DNA from: Candidatus Schekmanbacteria bacterium
Lineage (GTDB): Bacteria; Schekmanbacteria; GWA2-38-11; J061
Assembly: GCA_016219965.1 (NCBI GenBank)
Contig: JACRJM010000015.1
Location: 31,857-95,856 of the forward strand
Direction: 5' to 3'
DNA: 64,000 bases
The notes below the pieces were generated by a model, which saw only the letters and a list, made by a program, of their open reading frames with translations, was not told the origin of the DNA and made no database searches. Below are positions 55,946 to 64,000 of this stretch, in pieces; position 1 is the stretch's first letter; the number at the start of each line of letters is the position of its first letter. A program made the translations under genes and the position numbers.

Positions 55946-58687
55946 TTACTCTGCCGGAGGACCGGGAACAGGAGTGGGCAGAATAGGCTCTTCCTTTTTT
56001 TGTACAACAGGTTCAGTTGGAGGAATCTCTGTCTTTTTTTCAGCCTCTGTTTTCTCCGGTCCTTGAGTTACTGCAAGGACTGGTTTATCCGCAGGTTTCA
56101 CTTTCATCTCTTCTGCAGTAACTGACTTGTTAGTAGGCTTTACTTCCATTTCTTCTGCAGCAGGTTTTTTTACTTCTGTTTTATGAGCGGGTGCTTTCTC
56201 TTCAGCTCCGGGTTCCTGTTCCTTCTGAGGTGTCTGTTCGAGAAGTTTTGATTGATCATCAAGCATAGGAATTGGAGCGTCATCCTTCCAGAACTTGTAT
56301 TTGCCGTCTATGATTGTCCTGTAGAATATATCTTTTTTGTTTTCATCATCTTCCCTGAACTTTTTAGCAACCTCTTTTTTATCCTTTGAAAGTTTTGCGA
56401 ACTCGACAGGTGTGTTTATTATTGTAGGTTTCAGAAAAATAAGAAGATTTGTCTTTTCTTTCGTGTTGCTTGTTTGTGAAAAGAACCAGCCTATCCATGG
56501 AAGGTCTCCGAGACATGGGATCTTGGTAATGCTCGGTGAATTGGTTTCCCTGATAAGTCCGCCTATTACGATTGTTTCCATATCTTTAACAACTACGGTT
56601 GTCTTTGCTTCCCTTTTTGATGTTTCCACCCCCTGATCTGATGTTGAACCGGGAATGACATTTTCAACTTTCTGTTCCACTGTCATTTTCACAAAGCCGT
56701 CTTTATTGATGTGCGGAGTAAGCTTCAAGTTTAATGCCACATCCCTGAACTCGAAGGTATTTACCGTGTTTGCAGTGTCCGACACAATTGTTGAACTGCG
56801 TATGAACCTCCGGTTCTCGCCAACAGTTATCTCTGCTTCTTCATTATCTGCAGTTATTATCTGCGGCTGGGCAAGGACATTCACGCCGCTTTGAGTTGCA
56901 AGGGCAGTTCCAAGAGCCGCAATGTTCAATACCTGTGTCCCGTCTGCCAGTGTGATAAGACCCTTGGTTATTGCAACAGAGGCTCCCGAAGGCAATGTCG
57001 GGATTTTACCTGCTGTTGTAGAAAGGAGTCCCTGGAGAGAACTGAAATTGGTCAGACCTATTGCCCTCACCTTGTTCAGAGGATTGCTTGCGTCTTCAAG
57101 GTCTTTAAGCAAATTAAGTTCAACTCCAAGTTGAACCATTTTGTTCTCACTGACTTCAACTATAAGGGATTCAACAAAGACCTGCGCTTTCATTATATCA
57201 AGCTTGGCAATAATGTCTTTAAGGAGCAGGTAGTCTTCGGCAGAAGCTGATATGATAAGGGCATTAGTTGATTTGTCAGCAGATATGATAACATCTCTTC
57301 CGAATAGCGGCGCTGACGGTTGTGCTTCTCCGGGTTTCGCTGCACCTGTGGTTCCTGCTTTTGGGGCTTTGCTTACTATCCCGTTTAAAACTCCGGCAAG
57401 ATCTTCAGCTACTGCATTATTAAGATAATAAACATTCACTTTGCTTGTTCCCTTTTCAACAGGAGAATCAAGCTTTTCAAGCAGCTCTTCTATCCGCTTG
57501 GTGGTCTGTAAGTCAGCTACTATTATAAGTGCATTTAGTCTTTCATCAGGTATTATTTTGGGTCCTTCAGCTTTGCCTCCGCCTGACGTGGTACCTGGTT
57601 TTGCCCCCTTTACGCTTTCTACGCCAAGTTTTAATGCCTGTTCCAATATGTCTTTAAGTTCACTTGAAAGCGATTTTGCAGAGGCATTTTTAAGAGGCAG
57701 TACAGTTATAACAGGTCTTTCCTCAAGCCCTGCCACATCGATTGCGTCTATTATTTTAAGAAGCCGTTTTATATTCTCTGCTGTGTCGCTTATGATAAGA
57801 GTGTTTGTAGGACTATATGATGAGATGGTTCCTGTCTTTGGGCTCACTAATTGCGCTACCGCACCTTTGATCTGTTCCGCACTTGCATATTGAAGGTGTG
57901 TAACATAGGTTATTAGCTGTGCCGAGTCAGGCAGTTCCTTCCCGTCTTTGCCTAGTATTGTATCTATTGCACCCTGCCTTGCATCCAGTGCTTTTACTAT
58001 CCTTATTGATTCTTTGCTTTCAATAACGTTATATCCCCGGTAATCGAGGACTGAAAGAAAAACATTCCAGGCTTCTTCCTTTGAAAGTTTTTTTGGTGCA
58101 ATTATTGTTATCTTGTCGCGAAATGTATCGTCATAGATCATGTTCTTTCCCATGAGGTCTGAGAACATGGTTATCAGATCTTTGACCTCACCTTTGAAAT
58201 CAAGAGTGATGAACTCTCCCTGCTGCGCGATGTTAGTCTTTGGAGGATTGCCTGGCTGAGGTGGTATAGGTGATGCCACCGGAGCAGGTCTTGGCGGCAT
58301 CGGCGGTCGTGTAGGAGCTGCGGGTTTTTGAGCTGCGGCATTATCTGCTTTTACGGCACGTTTTTCTGATGGAGTCATCTTTGTTTCTTGCTGCTCATCG
58401 GCCTCTGTCTCTTCCTCACTGTCAGCTTCTTCTTCGTCATCAGAGCTATCTTCTTCATCTTCAGCATCCATCTCATCATCATCTGCTTCTACTTCTTTTT
58501 TCATGCTGCCGGCTGGTTTTGCAGGTGCTGCCGGTTTTCTGAGAGTAGAAACTATAGGTTTTTTCTTTGGCTGGTCATTGTTATCTTTCCCGTATGTGGA
58601 ACCTTTTGAAAGGAGGAGAAGTAAAATAATACAAAGCAGGGACATTAAAACTCTTTTAATATCATTCACCTTATTTCCCTTTAGCAT
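55946..58687 (-). CDS. Secretin (GspD/PilQ family) with acidic/Pro-rich N-terminal and Lys/Glu/Pro-rich repetitive C-terminal extensions
   Basis: Signal peptide, N0/N1-type domains, and a secretin domain ending ...NLLIFLKPTIINT. About 150 aa of low-complexity sequence at each end, with tandem AEEM-VKP repeats in the C-terminal tail. Confidence 0.7.
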   Translation of the reverse strand: MLKGNKVNDIKRVLMSLLCIILLLLLSKGSTYGKDNNDQPKKKPIVSTLRKPAAPAKPAGSMKKEVEADDDEMDAEDEEDSSDDEEEADSEEETEADEQQETKMTPSEKRAVKADNAAAQKPAAPTRPPMPPRPAPVASPIPPQPGNPPKTNIAQQGEFITLDFKGEVKDLITMFSDLMGKNMIYDDTFRDKITIIAPKKLSKEEAWNVFLSVLDYRGYNVIESKESIRIVKALDARQGAIDTILGKDGKELPDSAQLITYVTHLQYASAEQIKGAVAQLVSPKTGTISSYSPTNTLIISDTAENIKRLLKIIDAIDVAGLEERPVITVLPLKNASAKSLSSELKDILEQALKLGVESVKGAKPGTTSGGGKAEGPKIIPDERLNALIIVADLQTTKRIEELLEKLDSPVEKGTSKVNVYYLNNAVAEDLAGVLNGIVSKAPKAGTTGAAKPGEAQPSAPLFGRDVIISADKSTNALIISASAEDYLLLKDIIAKLDIMKAQVFVESLIVEVSENKMVQLGVELNLLKDLEDASNPLNKVRAIGLTNFSSLQGLLSTTAGKIPTLPSGASVAITKGLITLADGTQVLNIAALGTALATQSGVNVLAQPQIITADNEEAEITVGENRRFIRSSTIVSDTANTVNTFEFRDVALNLKLTPHINKDGFVKMTVEQKVENVIPGSTSDQGVETSKREAKTTVVVKDMETIVIGGLIRETNSPSITKIPCLGDLPWIGWFFSQTSNTKEKTNLLIFLKPTIINTPVEFAKLSKDKKEVAKKFREDDENKKDIFYRTIIDGKYKFWKDDAPIPMLDDQSKLLEQTPQKEQEPGAEEKAPAHKTEVKKPAAEEMEVKPTNKSVTAEEMKVKPADKPVLAVTQGPEKTEAEKKTEIPPTEPVVQKKEEPILPTPVPGPPAE

Positions 58688-58692
58688 ATTTA

Positions 58693-59610
58693 TTAGTCCT
58701 TTAATTCATAATTCAGTGTAATATTTCTTCCGCCGCGCTCTACCTCTACAGTAATAGAGCTCTCTTTTGAGAGACTCTGGTAAGCCTGATAAGCATTTTC
58801 CGGCTTTTCAATTCTCATACCATTGATACTTTTTATAACATCACCATTTATGATTCCTATCTTTGACATTATGCCTCCGGGCTTTATCTGTGATACCCTG
58901 AACCCCTGAGCCTTGTCTCCCGCCATTACAGGCTCAAGGCGCATTTGCTTCATGAAATCTCCCATATTGTCAAGGTGGAGCGATGACCGTTCTATCACAC
59001 GTCCTTTCTCTGCAACCGGAGCCGGAGGATTGACTGGTTTGCCTGCTTTACCCGGAGCGGAAAATTTATTTATAACATTTACCGGTGCGATGTCCAGCAC
59101 AAGCTTTTCAATGTTTCCGTTAAGCTCAAGCACTACGGCACGTTTCAGAATGCTTAAAACCCTTCCTCCGTTGATTGGCGAATCCACATGGTAAGAATTA
59201 ACATCTTCTCCCTTTCTTATGACAGCTATGTTGGATTTTTTATCGTCTTTTTTGTCACCCTGTGTTGTGCCAACGAGCTGGAGTCCTGACTGAGAAAGCG
59301 GTATTGTATCAAGATTGATATTTTTCAAATCTATTTTTTTAAGATTTGCCTGCATGCTGCTTTCAGCCGGCGTATGGAATATGTCGCGATCGACAATAAT
59401 CTTATAGTCATTTATTGTGGAAGGTACCGACTGAATTTGAGTCTCTTCCTTTTTTTTTTTCTCTTCAACTGCGGCGGGCTTTGATATACCCGGAATTATA
59501 ACAATCTTAAGAAGAGCTGATGTTATGTCTGCAAGTTGGTAGCAGAAAATAGTTATCAGAATAAGGTAAACTGCCCCAAAATTTTTGCCAATCTGTCTTA
59601 TGTATTCCAT
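58693..59610 (-). CDS. GspC-like protein (N-terminal TM + C-terminal PDZ domain) associated with the secretin
   Basis: Single TM, Lys/Glu linker, and a PDZ motif (GFRVSQIKPGGIMSKIGIINGDVIKSINGMRI). Sits 5 nt upstream of the secretin gene. Confidence 0.5.
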   Translation of the reverse strand: MEYIRQIGKNFGAVYLILITIFCYQLADITSALLKIVIIPGISKPAAVEEKKKKEETQIQSVPSTINDYKIIVDRDIFHTPAESSMQANLKKIDLKNINLDTIPLSQSGLQLVGTTQGDKKDDKKSNIAVIRKGEDVNSYHVDSPINGGRVLSILKRAVVLELNGNIEKLVLDIAPVNVINKFSAPGKAGKPVNPPAPVAEKGRVIERSSLHLDNMGDFMKQMRLEPVMAGDKAQGFRVSQIKPGGIMSKIGIINGDVIKSINGMRIEKPENAYQAYQSLSKESSITVEVERGGRNITLNYELKD

Positions 59611-59741
59611 ATTGTAATAAGCGCTAAGAATTAAAATTTGATACTAATGGCTTAGGGTTTAGATTGTCAAGGGAAAAAACTTAATAGAAGCAATAAAACG
59701 CCTTGATATTATTGAATAAAATATATCAACAGACTAAGCTT

Positions 59742-60977
59742 TCATTCAATGTTGTTCTGTGAGCCGGGGACAAAGGGAGTTGAGATATATTGTTTAGCAT
59801 AGTTTTTAACATATACATTTTCTTCACCTATTTCGTTCAAATCTATTACCTTCCGGTAATATTCTTTTGCAAGCTCTCTGTTTTTAAGAGCATCATTTAT
59901 CATGCCGAGCTTCATGTTTGACCACTGGATTACCCAGTCGTTGCTATTGCCTTTTGCGGCAGTGATGGCATTTAAATAAAATGGCATTGCATCTGCATAT
60001 TTATTCTGTTCAAATAATATCTCACCCTGCAGGTATTTTGTCCTCGGCCCCCATTGGTCTATAATGCCCTGGCTTCTCTTGCTGATTTTGTCTTCTATGT
60101 CTGCTGCGATAACAAGCGCCTTCTTTTCATCTCTCATTTTGGAATAGGCAATTGCCAGAGTATACAGGAACCTTGGATTGTCCGGATATTTTTGAACCAG
60201 TACATTCAGATGTTCTATGGCTTTTTCAGGTTTTTTCTCAAAATACGTATATATGCTTGCAAGGACTATCCTCGCTTCAGGAGCAGCGTACGTTCCTTTA
60301 GCAGCGCATTGTTCAATTTGTTGGATGCCTAGATCGCTGTCACCTTTCAAAAATAAGAGGAATGACAAGACCTTGATTACCGAAGGTACGCGGGCAAGAA
60401 AATAATTATACATCCCGAGTCCCAGCATAATGTCATAATTTGCCGGAGCAAGATTTTCTGCATCAAGAAGCAGATTGTTCCCTTTTTTCCCATAATAATA
60501 AGTCTGGAGCCAGCTCCGTTCTATGAGAGCAATTCTCCCCTTGAAACCGTATGCCCCGCCCAGGTAGAAGACAGCATCACCATTTTCAGGTTCTGCATTA
60601 TGTTTTTTTTCAGCAACTTCTATAGTTTTATCCAGCCACAGATCGAGATCCTTAATGGCATTCCTGTCATAGTTGAAGAATAGTTTTCCCCAATAGATCA
60701 TTGCGGTGTAAAAATACGGAGCCGGATCATCCGGTCTTTTTTCACGGAGATTGCCAAGCACTTGCCCTGCTTTTTCAAATTCGAGGTTGTAAATGTAATC
60801 CACGCCTTTTTTCAGAGGATCTTCAGAACCGTTGTTTCCAACTGCATTTACAGTTTGCGGCAGGAAAAGAAATATGACTGAAAATAGCGCTAAGAAGTAT
60901 CTCTTAAGCAGTAAAGAAGAATTAGTTAAAGGTGATCTGACCTTCAAATATCTGAGCAGGCTTGTAAGTGTTTTCAT
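59742..60977 (-). CDS. TPR-repeat protein with a signal peptide
   Basis: Several TPR-like helical repeats. The first gene of the TPR-GspC-secretin string; the start codon is uncertain because it overlaps the upstream ORF by 56 nt. Confidence 0.4.
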   Translation of the reverse strand: MKTLTSLLRYLKVRSPLTNSSLLLKRYFLALFSVIFLFLPQTVNAVGNNGSEDPLKKGVDYIYNLEFEKAGQVLGNLREKRPDDPAPYFYTAMIYWGKLFFNYDRNAIKDLDLWLDKTIEVAEKKHNAEPENGDAVFYLGGAYGFKGRIALIERSWLQTYYYGKKGNNLLLDAENLAPANYDIMLGLGMYNYFLARVPSVIKVLSFLLFLKGDSDLGIQQIEQCAAKGTYAAPEARIVLASIYTYFEKKPEKAIEHLNVLVQKYPDNPRFLYTLAIAYSKMRDEKKALVIAADIEDKISKRSQGIIDQWGPRTKYLQGEILFEQNKYADAMPFYLNAITAAKGNSNDWVIQWSNMKLGMINDALKNRELAKEYYRKVIDLNEIGEENVYVKNYAKQYISTPFVPGSQNNIE

Positions 60978-61647
60978 CGACTTCTATTCCAAGGCTTGTT
61001 CCGGACAAACTGATTGTATAAGTATAGGTTCCTGAAAATGTTTTATCTTTAACTCCCCATGAGCTTAAGCTTTTTAATATTTTATCCTTAAACACACTGA
61101 TGTCAAATGTCAGTTCATCCGTCCCGCTTTTCAGCAAAGGCCCTGTAGAGTCATTTGTTATATGCCCGGTGATTTTTCGTATGGTTCCTGTCGGTGAACG
61201 GTAAATATATTTAACGCTCTCTTTGTTGCCAGTGTCAATAGGTACTGCCAGGTTTGGTGTGCCGTCTTTAATCCCTATTTTTACATTATTTATAATTCCC
61301 CGGAACTTCTTGTTAGTTGAAGAAGTAACAAGAAATGAGAAAGTCACAGCAGCTTTCTTGGCAGCGGTCTTAATCGGCTCCATTTTGATATGGATTTTAG
61401 GGAGAGCTTCCGAGCTGAAAGGTGTCAAAGGATCAGGGTTAATATCGCTTACCTTCTTGTTTTTCAGATTTCCTGGGTCTAAAGCCACGCTTTCTAAATC
61501 GGTTGTAGCTGATTCAAAACTTATTTCGTTGTCGGCAAGTGCCATAAAAGGTTTTGCACTATTTTTTGCATATACACCGGCAGTAAAAATTACGGCAAAT
61601 AGAACCACCACTGTAAGCGTGAAGTGTTTTTGTCTCCTGTATGTCAT
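60922..61647 (-). CDS. Secreted hypothetical protein
   Basis: Signal peptide (LTVVVLFAVIFTAGVYA); no recognisable domain. Confidence 0.3.
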   Translation of the reverse strand: MTYRRQKHFTLTVVVLFAVIFTAGVYAKNSAKPFMALADNEISFESATTDLESVALDPGNLKNKKVSDINPDPLTPFSSEALPKIHIKMEPIKTAAKKAAVTFSFLVTSSTNKKFRGIINNVKIGIKDGTPNLAVPIDTGNKESVKYIYRSPTGTIRKITGHITNDSTGPLLKSGTDELTFDISVFKDKILKSLSSWGVKDKTFSGTYTYTISLSGTSLGIEVDENTYKPAQIFEGQITFN

Positions 61648-61789
61648 ATAAAAAAAATAGCATCTTCAATAGAATTAAGCAAATACAAAATAGGCAAAAT
61701 GCTTTTTAAGATACAATTGTGTAGATTTTTTTTAGAAGCATATTATTATTAGTTACAAAATATGCTTTGACAGTGTGGAAAAATGTTTG

Positions 61790-61818
61790 TTGACATCAGA
61801 ATATGGTGGCTGTTATAT
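61790..61818 (+). promoter_or_regulatory. Candidate sigma-70 promoter TTGACA-N17-TTATAT
   Basis: Read directly. Lies ~65 nt upstream of the lipoprotein ATG, which has a GAAGGAGG RBS. Confidence 0.35.
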
Positions 61819-61882
61819 CTTAAATATGTTTGCGGTGTGTAAGAAATTAATATTTTTTGAACGTACGAAGGAGGTGTTGGAG

Positions 61883-62164
61883 ATGAAGAAATGTTTTTTT
61901 GTTCTAATGATGGTTTCTTTTATATTTGCAGGAATTATAGGTTGTGCAACTTCTGCAGCTCCTCAGATTTGTGAAGTAAGCAAAATATTAAATGAAGCCT
62001 GGGAAAACGGAGCAGATACAAAAGCTTCCATGGAGTATTACAGCGCTCAATCCTACCTTAAATCTGCAAAAGATGAAGAGGAGGAGTATGATTTTGATGC
62101 AGCGAAAGTTTTTGCAGCAAAGGCGCTTGAGCAGGCAAAGAAGGCTTTGGAAAAGTCAAAGTAA
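61883..62164 (+). CDS. Small lipoprotein (93 aa), Ala/Lys/Glu-rich
   Basis: Starts at the internal ATG preceded by a GGAGG RBS. Lipobox IIGC. The longer 61775 ORF lacks an RBS. Confidence 0.4.
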   Translation: MKKCFFVLMMVSFIFAGIIGCATSAAPQICEVSKILNEAWENGADTKASMEYYSAQSYLKSAKDEEEEYDFDAAKVFAAKALEQAKKALEKSK

Positions 62165-62203
62165 AATATTTAACTAACTGGGAAATTTGAGGAGGAAAAG
62201 ATA

Positions 62204-63154
62204 ATGCGTAAAATAAGAAGAGGGTTGTCTGTTGCTGCGTTAGCAGTGGCAGTAGCCCTGATTTTTTCCGGATGTGCTGCGCAATTGATGGGACAGCTCG
62301 ATGCAGACAAGGCAAAGCTTGCAGAGCTGGCAAAACAAAGAAATGATTATTGTCCTGAAGGTGATAGGCTGTTTGCCGAAGTTCAGGCTCTTATTGAGCA
62401 GGCAGGCCATGAGATAATTGACGAAGGAAACCAGAAAGCTCATGCCGCTGATTTGCTTGCCAAGGCTGAAGCAGGAATGGCGGCTTCCGCAAAGGCTTAT
62501 GCAGAATGCAAACCTCCTAAACGTTATCATGCTCCAAAGGCTGCTTTCTCGATGCCGTCTGAAGCGATAGAAGGTGAAGAGGTTATGATAGACGGAAGTG
62601 CATCATCTGATGAAGACAACGACCCACTTACATTTGCGTGGAATCTTGGCGACGGGAGTTCTGCTTCAGACAAGATGGTAAAACATGCGTTTGCTAAAGG
62701 AACATACAAGGTGACTCTCACTGTTTCCGACATACTCTATTCTTCTGAGCCTGTATCAAAGGAGATAGTTGTAAAAGAAAAGTCTCTGCCTGAAGTTATC
62801 AAACTGAAGGAAATCAACTATGAAAATGTCCACTTTGCATTTGATCGCGCTGATTTAAATCCTGATGCGAAAAAAATTCTCGATGAGAACCTAGTTGCAA
62901 TCAAATCCCATCCCGAATACAGCGTTGTAGTCATTGGGCACACTGATAGCGTTGGTACAGATGAATACAATAATAAGCTTTCAATGAAAAGGGCGGGAAG
63001 CGTTAAGAAGTATTATGAAAAAGGCGGGATTGCTGCAAGTTTAATTGAAGCTATAGGCAAGGGTGAGAAAGAGCCTGCCGCAGACAACTCCACCAAGGAA
63101 GGTCGTGCGAAAAACAGAAGGGTTGAGACAGAGCTTCACCTGATAAAGAAGTAA
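62204..63154 (+). CDS. OmpA-family peptidoglycan-binding lipoprotein with an internal PKD domain
   Basis: Lipobox FSGC; PKD motif DGSASSDEDNDPLTFAWNLGDGS; C-terminal OmpA_C (NVHFAFDRADL...VIGHTDSVGTDEYNNKLSMKRA). RBS GAGGAGG. Confidence 0.75.
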   Translation: MRKIRRGLSVAALAVAVALIFSGCAAQLMGQLDADKAKLAELAKQRNDYCPEGDRLFAEVQALIEQAGHEIIDEGNQKAHAADLLAKAEAGMAASAKAYAECKPPKRYHAPKAAFSMPSEAIEGEEVMIDGSASSDEDNDPLTFAWNLGDGSSASDKMVKHAFAKGTYKVTLTVSDILYSSEPVSKEIVVKEKSLPEVIKLKEINYENVHFAFDRADLNPDAKKILDENLVAIKSHPEYSVVVIGHTDSVGTDEYNNKLSMKRAGSVKKYYEKGGIAASLIEAIGKGEKEPAADNSTKEGRAKNRRVETELHLIKK

Positions 63155-63181
63155 AAAACAAATACAGATAATAAAGCTGAT

Positions 63182-63222
63182 AAACGAGCCTCCTCTGCAA
63201 AGAAGGGGGCTCGTTTTATTTA
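63182..63222 (+). terminator. Rho-independent terminator
   Basis: GC-rich hairpin AAACGAGCCTCCTCT-gcaa-AGAAGGGGGCTCGTTT followed by TTTTATTTAT, 28 nt after the OmpA-family stop. Confidence 0.7.
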
Positions 63223-63315
63223 TCTATTATATTTGACTTTCAATCCTTATTTATTTAATGTTTGCGTACTAACGTTCTAATAGATAGTTACTCAACCCTC
63301 GCGGAGGAGAAAAGA

Positions 63316-64000
63316 ATGAATTTTGATTTTTTCAGAGAAAAAAAATGGTTCCTTGTGCTTATGCTTGTTTTTCTTGCAAGCCCGGGATTAATATCATGTA
63401 ATCTTCTTAAGGATAAGGATGCCGCAATTAAGGTTAATGATCAGAAGATTACACAAAAAGAGTACAAAATGATCTTTGCTAAAGAGCTTGAGGATGCTTC
63501 AAACAGTTTCAAGAGATTCGGCAAAGAGCTTAAACTCGATACCCCTGAGGGAAAGTCTATTATTGAAAAGGTAAAAGAGAGTATCAAGGAAAGGATGATA
63601 GACAGACTGCTGGTGCTTGATGCTGCAATGAAGAAGAACTATCCAATCGATGAAAAAGAACTTGATCAGATGTTCTCCCAATTTAAATCAAAGATGGGGG
63701 ATGAGAACTTCAATAAGTTTTTGGCCCAGCTCGGAGTGGATGAGAGTTATGTAAAAAATGATTTTAAAAAACAGATGGTGGTGCAAAAATACCTGGCTGA
63801 AACATTCAAAGATTTGAACGTAAATCAGACTGAAATTGAAGCTTATTTTAAACAGAATAAGCAAAAATATGATCATCCGGAGATGATAAGGGCAAGCCAT
63901 ATTCTGGTGAAATCAGAACAGGAAGCCAAAGATGTACTCAAGGAGCTCAAGAAAGGTGCTGATTTCTCAAAACTTGCAGTTGATCGCTCCATAGATCCAT
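63316..64000 (+). CDS. PpiC-type peptidyl-prolyl cis-trans isomerase (SurA/PrsA-like lipoprotein), 5' partial; continues beyond the window
   Basis: RBS GGAGGAG, lipobox LISC, a SurA_N-like chaperone region, then the parvulin motif ASHILVKSEQEAKDVLKELKKGADFSKLA. No stop before the window end. Confidence 0.7.
   Translation, partial: MNFDFFREKKWFLVLMLVFLASPGLISCNLLKDKDAAIKVNDQKITQKEYKMIFAKELEDASNSFKRFGKELKLDTPEGKSIIEKVKESIKERMIDRLLVLDAAMKKNYPIDEKELDQMFSQFKSKMGDENFNKFLAQLGVDESYVKNDFKKQMVVQKYLAETFKDLNVNQTEIEAYFKQNKQKYDHPEMIRASHILVKSEQEAKDVLKELKKGADFSKLAVDRSIDP

Noticed and set aside
61775-62164. 129-aa version of the lipoprotein ORF
   Set aside because: No RBS at 61775. The internal ATG at 61883 has a GAAGGAGG RBS and gives a proper lipoprotein signal peptide.
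1-64000. CRISPR arrays, tRNA/rRNA genes, transposases, integrases, phage genes
   Set aside because: No regularly spaced direct repeats, no cloverleaf-compatible conserved tRNA boxes in intergenic regions, and no ORF with a DDE, serine or tyrosine recombinase signature. All intergenic regions are under 500 bp.
1-64000. PEP-CTERM substrate protein
   Set aside because: I checked the C-termini of all ORFs of 60 aa or more for PEP followed by a TM helix and a basic tail. None found; the beta-helix proteins end without a sorting signal.

Overview
The window appears to come from a Gram-negative bacterium that relies heavily on sigma-54 regulation. Its core is a ~35-kb AT-rich XrtA/PEP-CTERM exopolysaccharide locus, flanked on the right by ~40-45 % GC housekeeping genes; the GC values are estimates by eye. 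I found no rRNA, tRNA, CRISPR array, IS element or phage genes.

The EPS locus (about 9.3-44.1 kb) carries the expected gene set:
- export and chain-length control: Wza-like export protein, candidate outer-membrane beta-barrel, Wzz/GumC-like chain-length determinant, BY-kinase;
- assembly: EpsB-type priming sugar transferase, polysaccharide deacetylase, Wzx flippase, Wzy/O-antigen-ligase-like protein, GT39-like membrane glycosyltransferase, several GT4/GT2 glycosyltransferases, hexapeptide acetyltransferase;
- exosortase EpsH (NPCSG catalytic motif) with a separate EpsI;
- regulators: PrsK histidine kinase, PrsR sigma-54 regulator, and the ~940-aa TPR lipoprotein PrsT on the opposite strand;
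- atypical additions: two membrane-anchored sulfatase-like proteins, two paralogous B12-binding radical-SAM enzymes, a GAF/degenerate-GGDEF regulator behind a textbook sigma-54 promoter, a tail-anchored single-domain response regulator, and a secreted right-handed beta-helix protein.

Left of the locus, a tight minus-strand operon encodes FAD oxidoreductase, B12-rSAM, two large polytopic membrane proteins and a sulfatase-like protein. This is the best candidate in the window for an undescribed glycan or glycolipid modification module.

Right of the locus lie a second sigma-54 histidine kinase/NtrC pair and the conserved cluster rnhB-rplS-[945-aa beta-helix protein with three choice-of-anchor-D-like repeats]-SPOUT-trmD-rimM-KH-rpsP-[secreted FN3 protein]-ffh. 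Two secreted-protein genes interrupt this cluster. Further right are an orphan GspC/GspD secretin pair with low-complexity tails, a TPR protein, a lipoprotein, an OmpA/PKD protein and a partial PpiC-type PPIase.

A 32-nt element (28/32 identical, including a start codon) occurs twice: downstream of the EPS-locus beta-helix gene and at the start of the second histidine-kinase gene. No PEP-CTERM substrate gene is present in the window.
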